From positions 1-51,473 of the forward strand of contig JAUCBJ010002435.1 of assembly GCA_032718475.1 (NCBI GenBank): a stretch of 51,473 bases of DNA. Direction: 5' to 3'. The translations under genes were made by a program, and so were the position numbers. The notes below the pieces were generated by a model. That model was given only the letters and a program-made list of their open reading frames with translations, did not search any database and was not told where the DNA came from. This DNA comes from Nemertoderma westbladi (Eukaryota; Animalia; Xenacoelomorpha). Position 1 is the stretch's first letter. Each line of letters begins with the position of its first letter. Below are positions 38,806 through 51,473 of the stretch, piece by piece.

Positions 38806-39584
38806 TTGAACGTGTTCTTTAGTATGTGTTGAACGTGTTCTTTCGTATGTGTTGAACGTGTTCTTTAGTATGTGTTGAACGTGTTCTTTAGTATGTGTTG
38901 AACGTGTTTTTAGTATGTTTTTAACGTGTTTTTTAGTATGTGTTGAACGTGTTCTTTAGTATGTGTTGAACGTGTTCTTTAGTATGTGTTGAACGTGTTC
39001 TTTAGTATGTGTTGAACGTGTTCTTTAGTATGTGTTGAACGTGTTCTTTAGTATGTGTTGAACGTGTTCTTTAGTATGTCTTGAACGTGTTCTTTAGTAT
39101 GTGTTGAACGTGTTCTTTAGTATGTGTTGAACGTGTTCTTTATTATGTATTGAACGTGAACGTGTTCTTTAGTCTGTGTTGAACGTGTTCTTTAGTATGT
39201 GTTGAACGTGTTCTTTAGTATGTGTTGAACGTGTTCTTTAGTATGTGTTGAACGTGTTCTTTAGTATGTCTTGAACGTGTTCTTTAGTATGTGTTGAACG
39301 TGTTCTTTAGTATGTCTTGAACGTGTTCTTTAGTATGTGTTGAACGTGTTCTTTAGTATGTCTTGAACGTGTTCTTTAGTATGTGTTGAACGTGTTCTTT
39401 AGTATGTGTTGAACGTGTTCTTTAGTATGTGTTGAACGTGTTCTTTAGTATGTGTTGAACGTGTTCTTTAGTATGTGTTGAACGTGTTCTTTAGTATGTG
39501 TTGAACGTGTTCTTTAGTATGTGTTGAACGTGTTCTTTAGTATGTGTTGAACGTGTTCTTTAGTATGTGTTGAACGTGTTCTTT
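38806..39584. repeat. 23-bp minisatellite (TGAACGTGTTCTTTAGTATGTGT), about 34 copies
   Basis: Clear 23-bp period. Confidence 0.95.
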
Positions 39585-39599
39585 CCAGCGTTGATGATT

Positions 39600-39990
39600 A
39601 TGATCAACGAATATCCATAGAAATTTTGTGCAATTTGTTTGAGTAATTATTTTGTTGTCAATATGAATTCGACGTAAAATATTTACGTTGTGGTATAGTA
39701 GAAAATGTAGTTGCTTCAGTTTTCATTTAGCGATTGTCAGCCAGCCAATCAGCGACTTTCTTCAGTTCAGAATTAATATTATTAGTTAGGTTAGTTACGT
39801 TGTTTCCTGAGAGAAAGAGAGTAGTAGTGGTATCGTCAGCAAATAGGGTAGATAGAAGGGAGGGTAGTGGCATTCGGCAGATCGTTGATGTAGAGTAGAA
39901 AGAATAAGGGAGAGAGGACTCCTCCTTGTGGGAGCCCACAGAAAGAGGAGGGGGAGGTGAGAGGAGCAGTGGAAATCTACAGAAACGTAC
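39600..39990 (-). mobile_element. Short non-LTR reverse transcriptase fragment
   Basis: CGLPQGGVLSPLFFLLYINDLP, frameshift, LFADDTT...INSELKKVADWLADNR. Confidence 0.8.
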
Positions 39991-40499
39991 TGCATTTATT
40001 TATTTTGATTTAATTACAAGCAGCACTTACGCGTACGTTTTGTGATACGTTTTTTTAAATGTTTGAGAATGTTAGCCATTTATTAAAAAAATAGTTGATC
40101 TAGAACAAATATTTATTCTTCTGGAACAGTGACAATTAATAATTTATTAATAAAGGCAAAGCAAAATGTAATTGTTAATAATACTAGCTACCATGTCTCC
40201 AAAACATAACTGTTTGATGTAAAATACCTATCCCTTAGTAAACAAAAAAAAATGATATTAAAAATTTAAAAAATAACCATTTTTTTACAAACATTTTTGA
40301 ACAAAAAATATTTGTTCTAGATCAACGTTTTTTTTAGTTAAATAGCTAACATATTCTAGAACATTTAAAAAATGTAGCAAAAACTAGCGTATATATAACA
40401 ATTTGGCATTGTAAGTACCCGTATCGAAACAGTACAAGGACTTTACTATTTTGACAAGAATGAAAATGTCAAGAGTATTATACTCATAAATTCGATATT

Positions 40500-43395
40500 G
40501 TGTAATGAGTACCTAAGTTATTTGTGGTACCAATTTATAATGGTAATGCCTATTGCATAAGTTGTTTGTGGTACCAATTTATAATGGTAATGCAAACACC
40601 CAAAAATTGCATATATAGTTATTGCCAATAATTGGGTGTTTTATGTCATTTAGAATAGCAAGAGACTCAATATTTTATGTAATGAGTACCTAAGTTGTTT
40701 GTGGTACCAATTTATAATGGTAATGCCTATTGCATAAGTTGTTTGTGGTACCAATTTATAATGGTAATACCCAAAAATTGCATATAGAGTTATTGCCAAT
40801 ATTTGGGTGTTTTATGTCATTTAGAATAGCAAGAGACTCAATATTTTATGTAATGAGTACCTAAGTTGTTTGTGGTACCAATTTATAATGGTAATGCCTA
40901 TTGCATAAGTTGTTTGTGGTACCAATTTATAATGGTAATACCCAAAAATTGCATATAGAGTTATTGCCAATAATTGGGTGTTTTATGTCATTTAGAATAG
41001 TAAGAGACTCAATATTTTATGTAATGAGTATCTAAGTTGTTTGTGGTACCAATTTATAATGGTAATGCCTATTGCATAAGTTGTTTGTGGTACCAATTTA
41101 TAATGGTAATGCAAACACCCAAAAATTGTATATAGAGTTATTGCCAATAATTGGGTGTTTTATGTCATTTAGAATAGCAAGAGACTCAATATTTTATGTA
41201 ATGAGTACCTAAGTTGTTTGTGGTACCAATTTATAATGGTAATGCCTATTGCATAAGTTGTTTGTGGTACCAATTTATAATGGTAATACCCAAAAATTGC
41301 ATATAGAGTTATTGCCAATAATTGGGTGTTTTATGTCATTTAGAATAGTAAGAGACTCAATATTTTATGTAATGAGTATCTAAGTTGTTTGTGGTACCAA
41401 TTTATAATGGTAATGCCTATTGCATAAGTTGTTTGTGGTACCAATTTATAATGGTAATGCAAACACCCAAAAATTGCATATATAGTTATTGCCAATAATT
41501 GGGTGTTTTATGTCATTTAGAATAGCAAGAGACTCAATATTTTATGTAATGAGTACCTAAGTTGTTTGTGGTACCAATTTATAATGGTAATACCTATTGC
41601 ATAAGTTGTTTGTGGTACCAATTTATAATGGTAATACCTATTGCATAAGTTGTTTGTGGTACCAATTTATAATGGTAATGCAAACACCCAAAAATTGTAT
41701 ATATAGTTATTGCCAATAATTGGGTGTTTTATGTCATTTAGAATAGCAAGAGACTCAATATTTTATGTAATGAGTACCTAAGTTGTTTGTGGTACCAATT
41801 TATAATGGTAATACCTATTGCATAAGTTGTTTGTGGTACCAATTTATAATGGTAATGCAAACACCCAAAAATTGTATATATAGTTATTGCCAATAATTGG
41901 GTGTTTTATGTCATTTAGAATAGCAAGAGACTCAATATTTTATGTAATGAGTACCTAAGTTGTTTGTGGTACCAATTTATAATGGTAATGCCTATTGCAT
42001 AAGTTGTTTGTGGTACCAATTTATAATGGTAATGCAAACACCCAAAAATTGTACATAGAGTTATTGCCAATAATTGGGTGTTTTATGTCATTTAGAATAG
42101 CAAGAGACTCAATATTTTATGTAATGAGTACCTAAGTTGTTTGTGGTACCAATTTATAATGGTAATGCCTATTGCATAAGTTGTTTGTGGTACCAATTTA
42201 TAATGGTAATGCAAACACCCAAAAATTGTACATAGAGTTATTGCCAATAATTGGGTGTTTTATGTCATTTAGAATAGCAAGAGACTCAATATTTTATGTA
42301 ATAGGTACCTAAGTTGTTTGTGGTACCAATTTATAATGGTAATACCTATTGCATAAGTTGTTTGTGGTACCAATTTATAATGGTAATGCAAACACCCAAA
42401 AATTGTACATAGAGTTATTGCCAATAATTGGGTGTTTTATGTCATTTAGAATAGCAAGAGACTCAATATTTTATGTAATAGGTACCTAAGTTGTTTGTGG
42501 TACCAATTTATAATGGTAATGCCTATTGCATAAGTTGTTTGTGGTACCAATTTATAATGGTAATGCAAACACCCAAAAATTGTATATATAGTTATTGCCA
42601 ATAATTGGTTGTTTTATGTCATTTAGAATAGCAAGAGACTCAATATTTTATGTAATGAGTACCTAAGTTGTTTGTGGTACCAATTTATAATGGTAATGCC
42701 TATTGCATAAGTTGTTTGTGGTACCAATTTATAATGGTAATGCAAACACCCAAAAATTGCATATAGAGTTATTGCCAATAATTGGGTGTTTTATGTCATT
42801 TAGAATAGCAAGAGACTCAATATTTTATGTAATGAGTACCTAAGTTGTTTGTGGTACCAATTTATAATGGTAATGCAAACACCCAAAAATTGTATATATA
42901 GTTATTGCCAATAATTGGTTGTTTTATGTCATTTAGAATAGCAAGAGACTCAATATTTTATGTAATGAGTACCTAAGTTGTTTGTGGTACCAATTTATAA
43001 TGGTAATACCTATTGCATAAGTTGTTTGTGGTACCAATTTATAATGGTAATGCAAACACCCAAAAATTGCATATAGAGTTATTGCCAATAATTGGGTGTT
43101 TTATGTCATTTAGAATAGCAAGAGACTCAATATTTTATGTAATGAGTACCTAAGTTGTTTGTGGTACCAATTTATAATGGTAATACCTATTGCATAAGTT
43201 GTTTGTGGTACCAATTTATAATGGTAATGCAAACACCCAAAAATTGCATATAGAGTTATTGCCAATAATTGGGTGTTTTATGTCATTTAGAATAGCAAGA
43301 GACTCAATATTTTATGTAATGAGTACCTAAGTTGTTTGTGGTACCAATTTATAATGGTAATGCCTATTGCATAAGTTGTTTGTGGTACCAATTTA
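40500..43395. repeat. Satellite of mostly 171/177-bp monomers (about 16) built on a duplicated 44-bp subunit
   Basis: aatgagta recurs at 40504, 40681, 40852, 41023, 41200 and onward; subunit taagttgtttgtggtaccaatttataatggtaatgcctattgca; internal inverted repeat aaacacccaa...ttgggtgttt. Confidence 0.95.
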
Positions 43396-43534
43396 CCAAA
43401 AGACTATGTTGCGTATCCCAGGTCATTCTGACATTTTTAAAAATATTATAAGCTTCATGAGATAATATGGAATAAATTTCTGGATGTCCGTTTTGTTGTT
43501 CTATGGTACATCTATATAATCATACCTACATCAA

Positions 43535-43909
43535 GTGTATGCAAATTGTGTCAAGTACAATGCACACATCTCCAACCAGACACTATATAACATTGGAGGT
43601 GTCTCATTGGTTCCCCCAAGCTTGACACTAGAACAAAATCGCCTCCGCTTTGCAGGACATTGCTTTCGCCGTGAGGACCAGCCAGTGCATAATCTTGTAC
43701 TTTGGCAGCCTCATGGAGTGAATAAGCATGGTGGACAGCCCATGACTTTCTTGAGACGCATCTTAAAGGACACTGGCCTTAAAGATGCGGATGATCTAGC
43801 AAATGTCATGGGTGATAGGGAGTTGTGGCGGTGCAATTTTGTTGACAAGCCGGCACAGCATTCTTAAAAATGCAGCAGCAATGCAGCATGCCGATCCTAG
43901 TAGTAGTAG
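43535..43909 (+). mobile_element. 5'-truncated RTE-like LINE 3' end with (TAG)n tail and 12-bp target-site duplication
   Basis: RLRFAGHCFRR...LVLWQP...DRELWR is a typical RTE C-terminus; tacctacatcaa occurs at 43523-43534 and 43910-43921. Confidence 0.88.
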
Positions 43910-44658
43910 TACCTACATCAAATGTTTAGAATTTCTACACAAAGACTGACTTCTTTAGTTCCGCATTTTGTCGCTAGGGGGCGAATTGAAAGAAACGTAA
44001 AAGTAGCTGTAATTATTATAGAACCAACCATCAGATTCATCTGAAATTTGGAAGTAGTAACCTACGACATTGCTTAAATAGAAAACCTACACAAAGACAG
44101 AGTTTTACAGTCCCTCTGTCTGCCGCTAGGGGACGAAGTGTCAGAACTCCAGTTCATCGTACTTAGCACGGTTTAATTGGCCTACGAATTATATTGTCAG
44201 CTGGTACAGTTTATAGCTTTGATCATTCGTTTCAATTCGATATTCTAACAATTTCTTCCACGGCAATTCCTACCAATGCAAATTTAACCAGGTGTGTCGA
44301 TCATAAATTATTCAAATATTCTTTTTAGTTATCACAATTACACCACCGTAATAATTTGTACAGTATTTTGTTATATTTACCTCACCGGCTCGGCACTCGG
44401 TAAATACCTGGATAAGGTAGAAAGTAGCAGAAATAATCAGAAAGCGGGAATTTGTAAATAACACATACAAGGCAAAAAATTATAAAGTCACACACACATC
44501 GCAATCACCCCTCCGACGCCCCTTAGCAGATGTTTTGTAATTTTCATTTAGTGTGTGAAAAAAACATGACACAAACTCTGCAAATTGTTGATGTGAAGAT
44601 ATAATGAATTTTACAGTTAGTAAAATTAAAAATTCAGTGTGTGAAAGAACCATGGCGG

Positions 44659-46184
<1,526 letters not shown>

Positions 46185-46318
46185 CGGAAGTCAAGATAAG
46201 AATAGGCCTATATAACTAGCCATAGTATAAGCCAGCATCTGGATGCTGTAGGCCAAACTGACTTATCTGTACTATCTGATACTGGCGTACCACTGACTGA
46301 CATACCAGCTACCTGCAA

Positions 46319-49269
46319 ATGGCTGACAATTTTGATAATGTTAAAGATGATATATTGTCGTTATTCGCAGTAATAAAAACAAAAAAATATGTAACCTGTT
46401 ACCAAGAGACCCAGCTGAGTGAACTATTAAACGCTTTGACCTCGCTACACTTGTGGTCTCGAGATGATTTCACCACAACTCTGGCAAATCTCGCCGAATC
46501 ACGGAAAGAAATGGCAGATGCGCGAAAAGAAATTGTGGCCGCAAAGGACGAGCTCTTGAAGTTCCTGCAACTCGGCCCATCTACCATGGCTACTCCAGGA
46601 CCCGGACCCGGCAGGTCAACGTACAGTGCAGTCGTGCAAAGAAACCCGGTTCCAGATCCACACTCACCGCCGTCGAATAATGGACCATACGCCACGGATA
46701 CGGACCGCAACTTCCGTCGCCCCGCCCCGGCGATACAAGGTTGCAGAGCTGGTGGTCCACTTCGTGTTGCCAAAGGAAACCCAGTCCAAGCCTTCGGGAA
46801 GGCGCATGTTCATATCGGCTGACTAGACCCGTCGACAACAAGCAAGGAACTTGCTGACTTTCTTCAATCCCAAGGAATCCCTTTCGACGATGTAACTCCA
46901 CTACCGCTTAAAGATGGTAACTCGCCTTATTTTTAAGGCGAGTTAATTAAAATCGGATCTCGTGGTTCCGATTTAGTTGACGATCTGACCAACATCGGGT
47001 TTAGCTGTCTCAGCTCCCGGATATCCCAACGTACATATCACCACAAGGTGAAAGTGTAATCGATTTAATATTCGTGAGTTACCCAGCAATTGTTCCTACG
47101 TTGCTACCACCTACAATAATCTTGTCAAATCCCATAAGGAAACACCAGCCGGTGACCGTTAAGTTTGTTTTCGCGGCCGATATTCATGATTCAAAATTAC
47201 CGAACCCCATTCCTCGTCTGTCAAGGCAGATCGATCGTAACGCATTTATATCGCACCACAATATTCCAATGGTTAGACTACTTCTATCTAACAACGAAAT
47301 AGATGCAGCTACAGACCTACTGACTCAATCAATTGCAGACTCCACACCATCCACTCGCAAACCCCGCTATGGAAAACCGTGGTATGACTCGGAGTGCAAG
47401 TCTCTAAAGAAACAGTTAATCCACTGTATGTCTCATCGTAATCTCTCAGAAATGGACTGCTCGCAGTTTTGGAATATCCGCAAAAGCTACAAGTCGCTCC
47501 TCAAATGGAAACGAGTTGCCTACGAGGAAGCTACACTGGCAGAATTGGTCAGCGACTCCGAAGTTAAACCGTGGTTAATCACCAAGGATCACAAACGGAC
47601 TATTGCACCAATAGACTCAGATACACTCGAGACACATTTCCGCAACCTTCTTGGTGTTGGAGTAGATTCCCCCAATGTTCTACCAGTTCCAATCCCTTCG
47701 TTGGCTGAACTTGAGGGGGAGGAATGGTACAACGCGCCGATTACAGAAGAGGAAATATCCGCCAGTATAAATGACTCCAAGAATAACAAAGCTTCGGGTG
47801 TAGATGGAATATTCTACGATCATCTCAAGTTAACCAAACCATTTATAATAACAATTCTCTGTCTATTATACAATGCCTGTCTCGATATCGGTAAACTACT
47901 GCAAATCTGGAAACAGTGTATAATAATGATCATCTACAAAGGTAAAGGGGCATTCTCAAACCCAGATAATTATCGCGGCATTGCACTCATCTCTGTGTTA
48001 CTGAAAACTCTCACTTCAATCGTAAACAAACGCGTCCGACGCTCAACGTCTCACCGGATACCTAGGGAACAATACGGTTTCATGCCAGGCAGATCTACAT
48101 TACAGGCACTAAACGCACTTATATCCGATATCAATTTGGCTTTGCAATCCAATCTGTCATCACAATGGAAAATGTATGTCGCTTTTGTAGACTTTAGAAA
48201 GGCATTCGACTTTGTCAACAGAGCTGTTTTATTAAATAAGATATATGGATTCGGGATTAAAGGAAAATTATTTGTTCTGATAAAAGATTTACTCCAAAAT
48301 TACATTCAGGTGTATGACGGCCTTCGTCTATCGAACCTAATCGAGCAACTCCGCGGAATTCTGCAAGGCGACTGCTTCTCTCCTCCATGTTTTAATTTCT
48401 TTATCGCCGACCTAGCTATAGCACTATGACAAGGATGTGTGATTCTAAAGTTTCTATTTTTTGCTGACGATCTCGCTTTCTACTCTTCCGATAGGAATGA
48501 AATACAATGCGGCCTAGACATTCTCCTCGACTGGTGTACTCGTAACGGAATGGAAGTCAACCTCGACAAAACTAAAATTTTAAAATTCCGCAAAGGGGGT
48601 CGTCTCGCTACTACCGACACTTTTAGCTACAATGGAAATAACGTCACCATCTGTAACAATTACGAATACCTAGGACTCACGCTTTAGCCATCACTTTGTT
48701 TCTCGCAGCACATTAAAAAGAAGAAGAGAAAAGCTTATGCAACAATAGGGTCTATAAGGAATCTCAAGCTATTGTCCGTTGATGCAGGTTTAAAACTATT
48801 TAAATTAAAAATTGCACCAATGGCTTTGTATGCTCTACCCGTCTACTCTCGCTTTCTAACGATATCAAATTTAAAAGATCTAGACAGAATAAAATCGACA
48901 TACATAAAGCGACTTCTAGGGCTACATATCAGTGCTTCGTCCACAACGGTGCTACACCTCGTAAACGAAAATTCACTTATTGACGACATACTTCTAAAAA
49001 GTCCAAATCTATTCGCCCGCGACCTGATTGATCAATATAATGCATTTCGAACAAATCGCGAACTCAACTTTGTTACTGAGAATTATTTACTCGGTCCTGC
49101 GTTCAATTCATTTACCTGGCGACTATCCAATCAGAAGAACCGTCATGTGGTAACGAGAGCCACGTGTCACGGGTTTCACCACAAAATATGCACGAACTCA
49201 CAGCCTTTCCACACACTATCAACCAATTGTATTTGCCGAGTTTGCCTTCTTCCCTGCCCAGACCGTTAC
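46319..49269 (+). mobile_element. Degraded LINE: ORF1 remnant, internally deleted endonuclease, reverse transcriptase with stops, Cys/His C-terminus cut by an LTR insertion
   Basis: ORF1-like 46319-46822; endonuclease tail (TY...SVIDLIF) near 47030-47075; YRGIALIS, QYGFMPGRST, FVDFRKAFD, GILQGDCFSP, FFADD, YEYLG; stops at 48427 and 48685; CHGFHHKIC...CICRVC. Confidence 0.9.
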
Positions 49270-49817
49270 TGTGACGGGATCCAAGAGGGATCCCGGTTTA
49301 TCCGGTTTTAGTTCACGCGTCCCCGCCGTGTATAAAGAGTGAAACGAGTTCTGATGTTGTTTGTCGTATATAATATAACATGTGGATATAGATATAGATA
49401 TAGTATGAGATAATATTGTTGTATACGGAAGGCGGGATACGGTAACTAAAGTCCCGGTCCTTCCCTATCTAAAACTATGTAATAACCTAACTAGCACCGG
49501 TATTGCACTGAGATAACTGAATTGGTAATATTACTGCCAAGTGGCTATACTGCACGGTTGGCCTTGTTACTCTACCTAATCGATGCCTTTCCCCCCTCTG
49601 ATTGGTTGATACCCTTGTTGGCGCCCTTTGGAGTGTTCCCGTTCACTCCACCTATTCTCTCTGGGTTAGGGGTTTGGCCCCTGACCCTCTATTGTGTGCT
49701 TCCTTCCCATTCTTATTGGGATGGCACGAGTTGGTTAATTACCCAATCTCGTGGCTCCCAATATTGCTTATCGGCTTATAACTTTATGGGGTGTTAGCGG
49801 GATTGAATAAGCTAACA
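49270..49817 (-). mobile_element. 3' LTR (548 bp) of a minus-strand LTR retrotransposon
   Basis: TGT...ACA termini; the LINE frame breaks at 49270; adjacent ctccccccc (49818-49826) is a GGGGGGGAG polypurine tract on the minus strand. The partner LTR is outside the window. Confidence 0.7.
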
Positions 49818-50529
49818 CTCCCCCCCATGCTATCTTCCCGGTAAGAAGATAGCATCAACCAAAAAAGTGCGCTACAATCCCGCTGGATCCCGATCTAGTA
49901 TCGGGTGTGGGGTGGAATTCTTTTCTCTCGGAGTCGGCTTTCCAGGCCGCCCCCTATGGGTATGATAACGCTACCCTGTGTGCCTGGCGTCTCATGTCGG
50001 GCCGATCGCGCTCACCTCTCACGCGACTTTTGTTTCCCCAACACTTCCGCCCTGTCTCTTCTTCACTCTCACCCTAACTCTCTCACACTCGGACCTCCTC
50101 GTCCCTCACTCAGCCTCTTATTCTCCCCCCCCCCCACACTAGAATTGCGTCCGCACTCTCTCCGCACTCCGCACTATTATTCCGTCCCTCAACCTCACTT
50201 CGACTGTCTCTTCCCTTCTGACGAATCTCCCCCCCCCCTCTCGTGCCGTCGCACTCAAGAAGTGTGAAATTGTCTGGTGTCTCGTCCATAGTGCCATAGT
50301 CAGTTATCCCCCAGTCCCAGTAGCTAATTGAGAAAGGTTGTATGACTATAGTACTTACTCCGAACGTATATATTTCTAGATTACTAATTACTACGTACGT
50401 ACATACAAATTGCACTTATATGATTATTTGCATTAATTAAATTTGTACTTAATAGTTCGTACATCCCACGCGGCGCCTACCAGGCGTACCACGTCCAAGT
50501 CCCAGTCTCTCTCCCTCGACTCTGGGAAC

Positions 50530-51473
50530 CTATCTGTTCCTCCGGGGGTAGTTCCCCCTGGCGTCCTCTTCCCTGGGTCGTTTCTTGGTTATCACCGTTC
50601 CTCTGGCATCATCCGCTTTCTGCTTTCGGACCTTCGCCGCCACTTCCTTGCTGATCCCGGTCGTTGGCTCCTTGGGCGCTGGTGTTATTAGTGCCCGATA
50701 TCGCTTCGCCGGTGGCCCCTCAGAATGGCCCGGTTGTCTCCCTCTAGTGGCGTCCCATAGGATCATTTTCATTGCCTTTGGTACGTGCTCCGCCAAGAAA
50801 TCCCTAAACTCCCTTCGGTTCTCTGGCGTCCACCTGTCCAGATACCTTTGCGTGTTCATCACTCCAGCGTACGACGCCGCCGTTGCTACCTCTTGGTAGG
50901 TAAACGGTAGCCTCCGCTTTATGATTTCCATGTGAGTCTCCTGATTGATAAGGAAGAAACCCCACTTGAACTCCTGGGCCTTCATGCGCTGGCGCGTCAT
51001 GGCCCCGACGTCGGCCCACTCCTCGAATCTTGTGAACTTCTCCTCGTCGTTCATCCAGTCGCACTCGCGTCCGTAGTGTCCCCGAAAGTGGCACTTTGGA
51101 CATCGGTTATGCAACCGTGGACACGCCCCCATCCTGTGGCTTGGTTCTCTGCAGTAGAGACAAAAGGTTCCCTGTTGGAACCGGTATAGACAGCTGCTTT
51201 CCCGATGGGTCTGTCTCCCACAGTAGTCGCAGCCGAGTACCAATGTCTCCCGTCCCACCTCGTCTTTCGTCCCAAGCGATCTCCGCGGTCTGTGGAGTCG
51301 CTGGTAGGCGAAATTCTCTACGTTGGTCTCTCTATCTACATCGATCTCTCCGCCCCTCTCGGGCATCGTCTCCCCGAAAACTATCCGTGGTGCCGTCCCC
51401 GGTTGCTCGCCCAACCTGATGGTGCTCCCCGCGAAATCCATCGCCGGCTCCTCGTGCACCCAGGTCCGCTTGC
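50530..51473 (-). CDS. Protein with three CCHC zinc knuckles (gag-like or accessory ORF of the LTR element); runs off the window edge
   Basis: CDYCGRQTHRESSC, CLYCREPSHRMGAC and CPKCHFRGHYGREC are all Cx2Cx4Hx4C; the frame stays open to the window end. Confidence 0.8.
   Translation of the reverse strand, partial: KRTWVHEEPAMDFAGSTIRLGEQPGTAPRIVFGETMPERGGEIDVDRETNVENFAYQRLHRPRRSLGTKDEVGRETLVLGCDYCGRQTHRESSCLYRFQQGTFCLYCREPSHRMGACPRLHNRCPKCHFRGHYGRECDWMNDEEKFTRFEEWADVGAMTRQRMKAQEFKWGFFLINQETHMEIIKRRLPFTYQEVATAASYAGVMNTQRYLDRWTPENRREFRDFLAEHVPKAMKMILWDATRGRQPGHSEGPPAKRYRALITPAPKEPTTGISKEVAAKVRKQKADDARGTVITKKRPREEDARGNYPRRNR

Larger units (their letters stand above)
36862..40435. mobile_element. 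Inverted-repeat-bounded segment, probably a non-autonomous DNA transposon carrying nested insertions
   Basis: gtactgtttcgatacgcgtac (36862-36882) versus gtacccgtatcgaaacagtac (40415-40435), plus an inverted subterminal block of about 50 bp (36892-36940 versus ~40338-40387). TA|CTG...CAG|TA fits a TA target duplication. Confidence 0.55.

Noticed and set aside
40500-43395. Centromeric alpha-like satellite suggested by the 171-bp monomer
   Set aside because: The array is only about 2.9 kb, and monomer length alone is not evidence of centromere function.
43933-44140. Two diverged copies of ctacacaaagac...cgctagggg with a CTCF-like look
   Set aside because: The match is short and degenerate, and more likely part of an old repeat than a supportable regulatory site.

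Overview
AT-rich eukaryotic (probably invertebrate) DNA made almost entirely of repeats and mobile elements. The main structure is a spliced + strand gene of about 28 kb (8930-36824) that the ORF track mostly hides. It runs: a SET (histone lysine methyltransferase-like) exon; 13 tandem copies of a 129-nt phase-0 exon encoding an acidic 43-aa peptide, separated by introns filled with a dyad-symmetric 30-bp minisatellite; a 66-nt exon; and a terminal exon encoding a C2H2 finger, a Cys/His cluster, a Crypton-like tyrosine recombinase and a Myb-like tail. This copy has two +1 frameshifts and one stop-containing repeat exon. A related, truncated array with two more exon copies occupies 1-3698. The rest of the window holds 37-, 23- and 117-bp tandem repeats, a 171/177-bp satellite sharing a 10-bp core with the 30-mer, an 80-bp-TIR MITE, a degenerate hammerhead-like motif, four non-LTR retrotransposon remnants, a 1.5-kb GT/GCGT microsatellite, and a minus-strand LTR element with a triple-CCHC ORF inserted into a LINE. 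The long ORFs over the minisatellite and microsatellite are treated as artefacts. All calls come from reading the sequence by eye; no searches were run.
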